IMG/VR virus record: IMGVR_UViG_3300035698_004130
Location: 1 to 64,000 of that record
Length of the DNA: 64,000 bases
Source: a virus
Strand: one strand, 5' to 3'
In this document: piece after piece, positions 46,876 through 55,691 of the stretch
Layout of the letters: every line of letters starts with the position of its first letter
Position numbering within the stretch: the first letter of the stretch is position 1
Notes under the pieces: generated by a model
Database searches by the model: none
Seen by the model: only the letters and a program-made list of their open reading frames with translations
Told to the model about the DNA's origin: nothing
Made by a program: the position numbers and the translations under genes

Positions 46876-47808
46876 ATGATTGACATTGATGAACTAACCG
46901 TAGACGAATCCCTGGAACTTCTTGAGGGAATTACAAAGAAGCTTAATAAAATTAAGAAAGCAGGAGCCCAAAACTTCGGGGACCCAAAGATGGGAGATAT
47001 GGTAAGCCAAGGCCAAAAGGAGATTAATAGAAATCCTAAGCCCGGATTTGGTGGGACTACCAAACGAAGGTCAGAACATAGACGTAAAAGAGGTGTGAAA
47101 AAGGCTCAGGAATCTCTTTTGAACTTTATCCAACAAGCTGTTAGTGAGGCTAATAAGGCTAACAAAGCTAAGAAAAGAAACTATGAGGGTAAGTCGGGTG
47201 CCGATATTATGTCCAAGGAGAAATTAGGAATTCATTCCTTGCCTGCTGGAACAAAAAAAAGAGCATTTGATGGCATGATTAAATCCGATGCTAAGGGGGG
47301 AGGGACTAAAAATAGAATCCATCATGAGGCAGGAAGAAGGGCTGTTCACAGACAAAAAGCTCGCGAATCACTATTTGGAACAATCCATAACATGATTACC
47401 GAAGAGCAAGCAGATGACATTGAACAAGCCGGAGGTAGCCCTGAGGTTTTCAGAGCCACCAGAAAGGCCAAGCTCGCTCAAAGAGGTGTTCGTAAGTCTA
47501 AGCACATTTCCCGTAAGGATGCTTTAGGTAAGATGGGAGGAAGATATAAGAAAGATGGAACTCAAGCTGACAAGCATACTAAGTCAGGTGGAGAAAAGAA
47601 CTTCTCGGATGATACCAAGAAGACTTCAGGTATTCCACTTAATCCAAAGGGTAAGCCTAAAAAGGGAAGATCAAGAGGAGACAAAGCTGACGTTAGAGGA
47701 AAGACTGTGAACACCTCACGTTCAACCGGAGAAGAAGGTCGTAAGGCTGATGCTAATGCAGACGCTTTCAGTGACCTAGTGGGTAACCTTAGCAAGAACA
47801 AACGCTAG
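46876..47808 (+). CDS. highly basic late protein, probable internal head protein
   Basis: K/R-rich; TAAATA upstream; ESL(L/F)..I...(S/T)E repeats. Confidence 0.7.
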   Translation: MIDIDELTVDESLELLEGITKKLNKIKKAGAQNFGDPKMGDMVSQGQKEINRNPKPGFGGTTKRRSEHRRKRGVKKAQESLLNFIQQAVSEANKANKAKKRNYEGKSGADIMSKEKLGIHSLPAGTKKRAFDGMIKSDAKGGGTKNRIHHEAGRRAVHRQKARESLFGTIHNMITEEQADDIEQAGGSPEVFRATRKAKLAQRGVRKSKHISRKDALGKMGGRYKKDGTQADKHTKSGGEKNFSDDTKKTSGIPLNPKGKPKKGRSRGDKADVRGKTVNTSRSTGEEGRKADANADAFSDLVGNLSKNKR

Positions 47809-48905
47809 AGTTCAAACCTAACTCCATTACCGAAGGAACTGCCGACTTCAATATCAACTTCAAGGGGAGCCTTTAGTTCGATATTGAAGTTTTTTCGCAT
47901 GTAGGTATAATTCCTAAGTTCATCAGACATGATTTGAACTGCTTCCCTAGTTTCTTCCTTGGGACACACAATTTCAATGGAGTCGTGAACCGTCCCTACT
48001 ACCTTTCCTCTAAATCCTCTATCCTTAAAAGTCTTCACAATGGATAGTAGACCACAAAGTAGGATATCATTAGCAGGAGATTGGATGGTAAAGTTCAGTC
48101 CCTGCCGGTAGGCTTCCCCCCTAATCTTCTTGAAAGGAGAATTAATGTTTGGAAGATTACGGTATCTACCAAAGATCGTCTTAGCATAAGCAAACTGCTC
48201 AACATACTCCTTAACCGTGTTCATATAGATTGGAACACCAGGGAAAGCTTCCATCCAACTATTGATGATCTCTTCAGCAGCAGCTTCTGAGATGTTTCTC
48301 TTAGCAGCTAGAGTGTATGCTGTTCCACCGTATACCGTAAGGAATGAAACTTCCTTTGCGATCTGCCGTTCTTCAGGGGTAATATCCTCAGGATCTTTCT
48401 TAAACGTAAGAGCAGCAGAGTAGGTATGAAGGTCCACTCCAGACTCAAAGGCTTTAATCATATTCCTTTCATTAGCTACATGGGCTAGAACTCTAAGTTC
48501 CATTGCCTTCATGTCAACCGTAATGAAATCCCATCCAGTTGGAGCTACGATAAAGTCTCGGATGTTTACAGCAAGGTCTTTCTTCTCTCTAGGAAGAGTG
48601 TGGAAAGATACTCCAATCTTGGAAGCCTTTCCTCCACCCTTTCTAATGTTGGCACCAGAGTTTGATAATCTACCTGTTACCGTTCCATCAATGTTGTAGT
48701 TGGCGTAAATCCTACCATTTTTAGTATTCTCTAGGGATTGCTCCACTCCAACAATATAAGTGTTGTAAAGCTTTGAGAGTTTCTTAAACTCAGAAAACCT
48801 ATCAAAGAATAGTTTAGCATCTTTCAACTTATCATCAGAGATAGTTCCCAAAACACTATTGGCGATATCAAGCTCTTCTTGCTTATTATACTTTTTCGCT
48901 GCCAC
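47805..48905 (-). CDS. family A DNA polymerase, palm/fingers part
   Basis: TVTGRLS, DMKAMELRVLAH, RQIAKEVSFLTVYG, NFTIQ, TVHDSI. Confidence 0.92.
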   Translation of the reverse strand: MAAKKYNKQEELDIANSVLGTISDDKLKDAKLFFDRFSEFKKLSKLYNTYIVGVEQSLENTKNGRIYANYNIDGTVTGRLSNSGANIRKGGGKASKIGVSFHTLPREKKDLAVNIRDFIVAPTGWDFITVDMKAMELRVLAHVANERNMIKAFESGVDLHTYSAALTFKKDPEDITPEERQIAKEVSFLTVYGGTAYTLAAKRNISEAAAEEIINSWMEAFPGVPIYMNTVKEYVEQFAYAKTIFGRYRNLPNINSPFKKIRGEAYRQGLNFTIQSPANDILLCGLLSIVKTFKDRGFRGKVVGTVHDSIEIVCPKEETREAVQIMSDELRNYTYMRKNFNIELKAPLEVDIEVGSSFGNGVRFEL

Positions 48906-49422
48906 TGAAACCTCTCTTTACATATTCCTTATCAACAAGCTCTTTCATCTTCATTAAAGTTTCATCATTAGTTGCAGGCTGATCCTTTGTAGTGTAGGCG
49001 AATGGATACAGCCCAAATCCAGACTCGTCATTAACTTCCCACTCCTTATCCTTGTTCTTCCTTAAAGAGAATAGAACTTGGCACAGTTGCTGGTTTGAGG
49101 CAAGGTTCGTCCCCTCAGGGATTCTGGGTGAGGACATTAGGTAACTCTCTACCTCTTGAATCTTCTGTGCCAGTTGATCCTTAATCTCTGCCAGCTTATC
49201 CGTATCAATAAGCATTCCCTCAAACTCAATATCACGGAAGACTACCGAGAGAGGTGAGATCAAGTTTAGGTATAGATTCTCCAGGTTCTTTTTCTGAATC
49301 TCTTCGATGAGCTTCGCATAGACCTTTACTGTGTAGTAAGTGTCCATAGCGTTACCCCGAAGGCAAGGCATCATCTCAATGTTTGCCCAGTCGAACTTGG
49401 TGTTGTTTTCAACGGTTAGCAT
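48886..49422 (-). CDS. family A DNA polymerase, ExoIII plus thumb part
   Basis: GNAMDTYYT, IEFEGMLID, NLASNQQL..VLF. Confidence 0.82.
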   Translation of the reverse strand: MLTVENNTKFDWANIEMMPCLRGNAMDTYYTVKVYAKLIEEIQKKNLENLYLNLISPLSVVFRDIEFEGMLIDTDKLAEIKDQLAQKIQEVESYLMSSPRIPEGTNLASNQQLCQVLFSLRKNKDKEWEVNDESGFGLYPFAYTTKDQPATNDETLMKMKELVDKEYVKRGFSGSEKV

Positions 49423-50474
49423 TACTTGATCTTATCCAGGGGGAAGTAGTAGTAAACTAGGTCTCTCAGACCCTTGGGAATACCTTCAAGGTAAAGATGT
49501 TGCATAAGCTTTGTATCCCACACATGTTTAACGTCTACCACTCCATACCGTAGCAGGAACTTCAAATCGAACGTTGCATGTTGGAAGATCTTTCTATTAT
49601 TGTCGTTTGCCAGGACTAAGGAAACGAACTCCATAATCTTTGCCTTAGTCTTATATGAGAACTTAGCTTCCCTATGATCGATAGGCATTGCTACTGTCTT
49701 TGCAACAATGATGTTCCCACGCTTAAACTCATCCAAATCCAACATTGAGAAAGAGATGGTATGAAGTCTATGCTCTAGGAAGTTCAACCCTTCAGTCTCC
49801 ACATCAACAGCAATGGGAGCTTTTGTGGTATAGAACTCCACATGCTTCTTAATATCCTCTTCGCTTTGAATAATATCAAAATCAATCGGAACTAGAACAT
49901 CCTTCTCATTGATGATGCTGTTTACAGCATTCTCAACATCCTTGGAGAAGAGGTAAGCATTCTTTGGTTCAGATACTACCTGCCATGGATGCATGACGGA
50001 TACCAGACTAAAGGTGAAGCCATCCTCTAGTTGCATCTCCTTAGCTTTGCCTCTGACAGTAGTATCCTTCTTATTCTTACCGTAGAAAATAGTAGTAGCT
50101 AGTTTACCACATGCAAATACTAAAGTAGGCTTAAACTGTGCAATGGTGTCTTCCAAGTGAGCCATGCATTTCTTTCTAGAAATTGGGTCACTAGTGTCCA
50201 TGGTCATTCCTGGGCACTTCATTGCAGTTGTGAATCCAACCCTATCTGTTGAAATGCCAAGCCTCCTAAGCTCAAGCTTGATGGCTCGATACTCATTTGG
50301 CCTGAAGGCTGTGTAAGAACCCTCATGCATTTTGGGAGCATCGGAGACAAATAAGATCTCTTTTGGTTCCTCGAATTCGTAGTCTAAAATTGTTCTACGG
50401 GGGAGAGGCTTCTTAAGTATAGGGCAACCCTCACACTTAGGATTCTCTTCGTTAAATAACTTATCTAGATCCAT
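49422..50474 (-). CDS. family A DNA polymerase N-terminal part: UDG4-like domain plus ExoI/II
   Basis: CEGC..KC..C, HP; [20 protein letters not shown]. Confidence 0.85.
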   Translation of the reverse strand: MDLDKLFNEENPKCEGCPILKKPLPRRTILDYEFEEPKEILFVSDAPKMHEGSYTAFRPNEYRAIKLELRRLGISTDRVGFTTAMKCPGMTMDTSDPISRKKCMAHLEDTIAQFKPTLVFACGKLATTIFYGKNKKDTTVRGKAKEMQLEDGFTFSLVSVMHPWQVVSEPKNAYLFSKDVENAVNSIINEKDVLVPIDFDIIQSEEDIKKHVEFYTTKAPIAVDVETEGLNFLEHRLHTISFSMLDLDEFKRGNIIVAKTVAMPIDHREAKFSYKTKAKIMEFVSLVLANDNNRKIFQHATFDLKFLLRYGVVDVKHVWDTKLMQHLYLEGIPKGLRDLVYYYFPLDKIK

Positions 50475-50943
50475 ACACGTTTATTAAATCTCTTGCCCAT
50501 TCCAATAAATCCTCTACTCTTTTCCCAGAAGGTTGGGAAGTAGACCATAACTCAAGATTGGATAAGGTATTATCATCCCTAATACCATTTTTATGGTGAA
50601 CATTTTCATTTGGAAGTAATTTTCTTCCAAGATGCTGTTCCATAATAAATCTATGCTCAAGCATATTTTTTACCTTACCATTGTCATTAACAGAAAATCT
50701 AACATACCCAGCACCAGTTAGATGCTTACCCTTACCAAAGTTTGGATGGGTAATTCCCTTGCGAAGTTTAAAGCACCCACAAGATTTCTTATTACCTGTG
50801 GTTATATGGGAGCCAATGGATTTGAAGGAATCCCCACAGTGACACTTGCACTCCCACACAGCTAGACTCTTCCCTTTAAAGGAAGAATCGTCTACGACTA
50901 AATACTTAATAAAAGTGATTCCATTAACAATTTTACCCACCAA
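50461..50943 (-). CDS. HNH homing endonuclease
   Basis: [32 protein letters not shown]. Confidence 0.88.
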   Translation of the reverse strand: MVGKIVNGITFIKYLVVDDSSFKGKSLAVWECKCHCGDSFKSIGSHITTGNKKSCGCFKLRKGITHPNFGKGKHLTGAGYVRFSVNDNGKVKNMLEHRFIMEQHLGRKLLPNENVHHKNGIRDDNTLSNLELWSTSQPSGKRVEDLLEWARDLINVYGSR

Positions 50944-51044
50944 ATCCTTAACTTTCCTATTTGATTGTCTATACCCAATTACACTGAGTATATAATGTAG
51001 TAAAAAAGGTTATGGACTTAAGAAGGAAGACTATAATAGACCCA

Positions 51045-51401
51045 ATGAGTAACTACATTAATAACAAGAGATTCGAGGAGCTTATCCAAGAGCGCAAGGC
51101 AGGGGATAATACAAACGAAGAGGAGCTTTTCCAATTGTTTGATATGCTCATCGACCGACTAATGGTGACCTACAAATTTAAGGTAGATCATGAAGAAGCG
51201 AAGCAGGAATGCTTTCTTCTAATCCTAAAGGTGCTAAACAACTTTAAGAAAGAATCAGGGGCAGCATTCAACTACTTCACTACAGTAATACTAAACAACT
51301 TCCGACTCCTCTATACGAAGAATAGAAAGTATGCTGAGAAGATTGAGGCTTACAGGAACATTAAACAAGGTGGCTATTCATCTTCTTCAATGGATGAGTA
51401 G
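51045..51401 (+). CDS. gp55-like late sigma factor (short)
   Basis: NYINNK.F, F....G.AFNYFTT...N.F. Confidence 0.78.
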   Translation: MSNYINNKRFEELIQERKAGDNTNEEELFQLFDMLIDRLMVTYKFKVDHEEAKQECFLLILKVLNNFKKESGAAFNYFTTVILNNFRLLYTKNRKYAEKIEAYRNIKQGGYSSSSMDE

Positions 51402-51563
51402 AATAGTTTAGGCAGATAACACCAGTGAAGATGTGAACCTCCTACGCGAAATGGCCAATCATCATCCAAGGGACTTCCACACCATGGAGGTTCCACAATG
51501 GGAGTATCAAACCACAACACATTTCCACAGTCTTCATGCCAGTCCCTGTAGTGGAAAGTTTTG

Positions 51564-51935
51564 TTAAACTCCGAGTTCCGCACTGATCCCACCATTGTAT
51601 GTTACAATTCTAGGGAAAGCCTTGTGCAAGACTACCAGCATCGGGAGACTGGAGTAGCCTGATAGGCAGGAAGTAGAAATGGTCTCCTTATATTCCTTGA
51701 TTGAGGAACGAATCACACCCAAAGCATTTGGGATGTTGAAAGTATCAATCACGTTAACCGCAGACTTAGTAAGTTCCGGGTGAGTTGAAAGGAGACCTTT
51801 AAAGACCTTGCAAGGGTCGTCCCACTCATTTACAATTAAGTAGTAGGATTTGTTCTTCTGCTCAATGTTGTCCTTAATCGTTGCATCTAAATGCTTCGAG
51901 GACAACATATCGTTCGCAAAGAACTTTGCGGACAT
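51564..51935 (-). CDS. hypothetical protein (possible thioredoxin-like fold)
   Basis: WDDPC, SLPMLVV. Confidence 0.55.
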   Translation of the reverse strand: MSAKFFANDMLSSKHLDATIKDNIEQKNKSYYLIVNEWDDPCKVFKGLLSTHPELTKSAVNVIDTFNIPNALGVIRSSIKEYKETISTSCLSGYSSLPMLVVLHKAFPRIVTYNGGISAELGV

Positions 51936-51939
51936 TGGG

Positions 51940-52326
51940 TTACTCATTTGGTGTTTCGGGTGTTGCTTCGTCAGTGACAATACTTAGCTTACTCTCTTGA
52001 GTAGCGTCTGGAGTTGGGAGGTCACTAAGGGGAATGAAATCAACAGGTGGCGCTTCCTTCTGAGCTTGCTGCTGGGCTTCCAAAGCTTGCTGTGCTTCAG
52101 CACTTTGCATCAGAGCTACAACACGTTCATGCATTGTTTGGCAACCAGCTAGGAAGATTTGCTTCCAAAAGGTTGGCTCTGGTAGATCCGGTGGTCTGAT
52201 GCCACTGAAATTCTTAAATGACTGTGCTTCTTCAGCACTCAACTTGATTGTAATCTTCATTCTTCCTCTTGCGCGTTCGGATACTGAAACTCTTGAATCG
52301 TCCAGTTTTAGGTTTGTGCTTTCCAT
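51940..52326 (-). CDS. hypothetical protein
   Basis: ORF track. Confidence 0.65.
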   Translation of the reverse strand: MESTNLKLDDSRVSVSERARGRMKITIKLSAEEAQSFKNFSGIRPPDLPEPTFWKQIFLAGCQTMHERVVALMQSAEAQQALEAQQQAQKEAPPVDFIPLSDLPTPDATQESKLSIVTDEATPETPNE

Positions 52327-52358
52327 CGGCAGGCTATCATAGTCGTGACGATACCCAT

Positions 52359-52895
52359 ATGAACGATAATTTTGACGTTAAAGCTCTAGAAAAGGACAAA
52401 CCTAAGAAGCGGATCAACTCAAGGACCAAGGGGAATACTTTCGAAAGGAAGATCGCAAAGATCTTGAATGAAAGATTCGATACCAAGGACTTCTGTAGAA
52501 CCCCAGGAAGTGGTGCATTTGCAACTACCCACACTCTTCCAACATACTTGCAGATTCATGGTGATTTAATCACTCCAATAAACTTTAAATATACGATTGA
52601 GTGCAAGAAGGGGTATAACAAGGAAGGTTTATGTGAGTTATTTAATAGCAAGTCCAAACTTATCTCTATGATAGCTCAGGCAAGGCGAGATTCGATGAAG
52701 GTTTCTCAATCTTTTTTATTAATTCTTTCTCAAGACCGTAAAGATCCACTAGTTATCACCGATGAGTGCCTAGAGAGATTTATAGAAATGGAACAAATCA
52801 ATGCGTCCTTCTCATGGGGAAAAGTTTCAATCGTAACTCTAAACGACTTTTTGAGTCTTACCGACAGCCACTTCTTTAATGAAAAGTCTTTGTAA
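52359..52895 (+). CDS. PD-(D/E)xK nuclease, Holliday junction resolvase-like
   Basis: KGNTFER, RTPGSGA, GDL, IECKK. Confidence 0.8.
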   Translation: MNDNFDVKALEKDKPKKRINSRTKGNTFERKIAKILNERFDTKDFCRTPGSGAFATTHTLPTYLQIHGDLITPINFKYTIECKKGYNKEGLCELFNSKSKLISMIAQARRDSMKVSQSFLLILSQDRKDPLVITDECLERFIEMEQINASFSWGKVSIVTLNDFLSLTDSHFFNEKSL

Positions 52896-55016
52896 GAAAG
52901 CTTTTTGGGATGACAAGTAGGATTCCATCATTGTCTCCATTCCGGTATCTAGACTCAGCTTTTGGAGCGTCTTAAGGTCGGTAATACAAAAGATTTTTGT
53001 AAAGTAAATTCTAGCCCCTTCGAGGCTATTATTACATATTTCATCTTTTAAATAAACCTTCAAGCTTGTATCCTGAACATTGAAGAATATAAAAGTGTTT
53101 CCTGTAGCTCTGATATCCCATTCACCTGAGTTAAACAGAAAAGAACTTATAATATCTTTCAATATGGTATTGTAACCGATCGAGTAGGATTCTGTAGTCT
53201 GGATATCTCTGAACTCGGAGATCGTAGAGTCGTCAGCAGACCCAGCAGCTACAAAGAGCTTCATTGCAAGATATTGCTTGGCTTCTGGAACATTCTTCTT
53301 GATATCAGAAATGATCTTCTTGTTCTTTAAGTAGACTGAACAGTATTGTTTGATCTTGTCTTCTAGAAGCTTTCTATCATCCTCATCATGATTATGCTGG
53401 TATCGCTTTAGAAGTTGAACAAGTTCATACTTGTCATTATTAGCATTCAGTGGATCTCCAACTTCATTGTAGGATGAGTTAGCGATGAGGTTATCCAGCA
53501 TAGATCCAATGAAGTTTGTAAATGGGGATACATTCTGCATATTCCCAGTTGAAGCATTCCTTGTCTTCACTCTGCTTGCTAGTGCTCCAATATCTGCTCC
53601 GATCTTCTGAAGTGAATCGGAGTAAGCTTTAACCGTGTTGATGTCCTTTACTCCAGTAATCTCTTGATACTTGAGCATGAACCTGTTAGTTGGATCAGTG
53701 GTTACTCCAGCTACAAACTTAGATACGTTGTCTAGAGTTGCTACACCTAGGATTGGTTTCTGAATTCCAAGATAGTGCTTGATGTTGGACTGAGTGTAAA
53801 AGGCAGGATGCCCTGCTAGAAGAGCTTCTGAGTGTGTCGCCAGTGTTAATAGTTCAGGTCTATCTTTGAATATGAGTTCTAGTGGAGCAGACTTAACCAT
53901 TGAGTTCGTAGAGATGTCTTCCTCTGAGAATCCCATAGTTACAAGAGCTTGCTTGGCCACTTCAAAGTTCTGATATACCTCATACGTGTCTGCCATGAAT
54001 CCCTCACCAGCACCAGACTTTCTAGTGATAATGAAGGAGGGTTTGCGAGCTTCTATATGGCGTTTTGAGGTCTTGATGACCTTACCCACTGTCTCGCGTC
54101 CTCCAATAGGATCTAGGAGCACTGAGAAGTTCCTGATGGCTTGTGCGTCCTCTGGTTCAAGTGCTGCGCTCTCAAATGTGGTCTGCCATTGCACGTAGGA
54201 CTGATTTACCAAAGCAAGCTTCTGTTTGATGCCTGAATAAAGGGTTCCGGCACTTGATCCAATGGCTTCTGCACCTGGATGAGCAATCTGTGCTAATCTC
54301 TTTTGAGTGTCAATTAGATTGAAGACTGTTAGTGTATCCTGAAGGGAGAGGGCTCTAATTGCCTCGTCAATCCCTGGACTTGTTCTGAGCCCAACATTGA
54401 TTCTCTTAATCTTGATTTGAAATTTGAGAGTAATAGCTCTGGCTATCATCTTCAGGAATCCAATACTATCTTTGAATACTAATCCTGAGTTGGTCACATC
54501 CTCAAGGATGGAAACTGTTCCGTCTGAGTTAACCACTAGCATTGAAGTGATCTTGTTTTTCTCATTTTCCCCAATATTGTCCTTCGCTAACGCTTCCATG
54601 ATATCCCTTACGTTCTGAGAAACAATCAGAGAAACCCTTGGGTTGGTCATTTGAGGGAGAGTATCATACTCCTTCGTCATGGGATTATACTGGATCTTCA
54701 CCTTCGGTGCTACGATCTGGTTCTCGATGGAAGCGGCACCACCTGTTACGAACTGCGTAAACATTTGGTATTCCTCCCAAGGTTTGCCCATTAGTAACTT
54801 CTTATCAATACCTTCGTATACTCGTGGGATAGAAGTTAAGATATCTTGAAATACTTCCTGCTCAGGAGTCAGGGACATTTCTCCCATCATGGGATCTTGT
54901 CCCATTGGGTCTTGTTGTGCTTGAGGATCTCCTACAACCTCTTCCTCAATGAGAAGTTTAAGTGTCCTTTTCTTTTGCTTTGAGTAGCTTTCGAGTAGAG
55001 AGGTAAAGAAATCCAT
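52839..55016 (-). CDS. large late hypothetical protein, possibly head-packaged
   Basis: 725 aa; N-terminal LLES/LIEE motifs; TAAATA upstream. Confidence 0.75.
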   Translation of the reverse strand: MDFFTSLLESYSKQKKRTLKLLIEEEVVGDPQAQQDPMGQDPMMGEMSLTPEQEVFQDILTSIPRVYEGIDKKLLMGKPWEEYQMFTQFVTGGAASIENQIVAPKVKIQYNPMTKEYDTLPQMTNPRVSLIVSQNVRDIMEALAKDNIGENEKNKITSMLVVNSDGTVSILEDVTNSGLVFKDSIGFLKMIARAITLKFQIKIKRINVGLRTSPGIDEAIRALSLQDTLTVFNLIDTQKRLAQIAHPGAEAIGSSAGTLYSGIKQKLALVNQSYVQWQTTFESAALEPEDAQAIRNFSVLLDPIGGRETVGKVIKTSKRHIEARKPSFIITRKSGAGEGFMADTYEVYQNFEVAKQALVTMGFSEEDISTNSMVKSAPLELIFKDRPELLTLATHSEALLAGHPAFYTQSNIKHYLGIQKPILGVATLDNVSKFVAGVTTDPTNRFMLKYQEITGVKDINTVKAYSDSLQKIGADIGALASRVKTRNASTGNMQNVSPFTNFIGSMLDNLIANSSYNEVGDPLNANNDKYELVQLLKRYQHNHDEDDRKLLEDKIKQYCSVYLKNKKIISDIKKNVPEAKQYLAMKLFVAAGSADDSTISEFRDIQTTESYSIGYNTILKDIISSFLFNSGEWDIRATGNTFIFFNVQDTSLKVYLKDEICNNSLEGARIYFTKIFCITDLKTLQKLSLDTGMETMMESYLSSQKAFLQRLFIKEVAVGKTQKVV

Positions 55017-55033
55017 GTTGGTTCAATAGACAA

Positions 55034-55066
55034 ATAGCTTATCCCTAGACTAAGGGAATAAGCTAT
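55034..55066 (-). terminator. hairpin after tail tube gene
   Basis: ATAGCTTAT.CCCT/AGGG.ATAAGCTAT. Confidence 0.65.
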
Positions 55067-55086
55067 CTTTATTTAGGTTAGATGTC

Positions 55087-55686
55087 TTACTGATTCTGAT
55101 CAGAATACTTCCCATAGTCCATGAAGTCCCATCTAAATGTTACCTCAATCGTTGAGAACTCGTTTGTCGAGTAATTCTTCTCAGAAAACCTTGTTGCCTT
55201 GGGGTAGACGCCGTATAGTTCCACATAAGCGTGAGGCTCCAAAGTATTGTCTAACTCAATAATAGTCATCTTATTGGCCTTGAATCCTCTATTTCCAGGT
55301 CCACCAGGAGAAGACAGCTTTGTCATGTCTCCAGTGGTAGGGTCATACATGGATTTGAACCATCCCCATAGTGCAGGGGAAACACGACTTAAATATTGGT
55401 TATCGAATGTGATCGTAACCTCATCTTGCGTAAACTTGCCAGGGTAGTAGAGTCTGTCATTTCCTCTATCCACAACAATGTCATCAATTGTTCCTCCCAC
55501 AGGAGAAACTTGCTTTGCAGCAGCAACCATATCGGTTGTTACCCCAGCAAATTCAGGGGGAAGACCATAGAATCGACATTCAAACTGGAAAGCTCTTACG
55601 GAGTCCAGTTGAGTGGAAACCTTAGGTAGAGTCTTACCAGGAGTGAAGTTTGCTCTGAAATCATTTTTTAGAATACTTTCTACCAT
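55087..55686 (-). CDS. tail tube protein (gp19-like)
   Basis: YYPGK..QDEVTITF, YGVYP, VTFRWD; follows sheath. Confidence 0.85.
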   Translation of the reverse strand: MVESILKNDFRANFTPGKTLPKVSTQLDSVRAFQFECRFYGLPPEFAGVTTDMVAAAKQVSPVGGTIDDIVVDRGNDRLYYPGKFTQDEVTITFDNQYLSRVSPALWGWFKSMYDPTTGDMTKLSSPGGPGNRGFKANKMTIIELDNTLEPHAYVELYGVYPKATRFSEKNYSTNEFSTIEVTFRWDFMDYGKYSDQNQ

Positions 55687-55691
55687 AGTGA

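Noticed and set aside
48886-49430. Introns or inteins at the polymerase split points
   Set aside because: The ORFs abut or overlap with no intervening sequence, and no intein motifs are present
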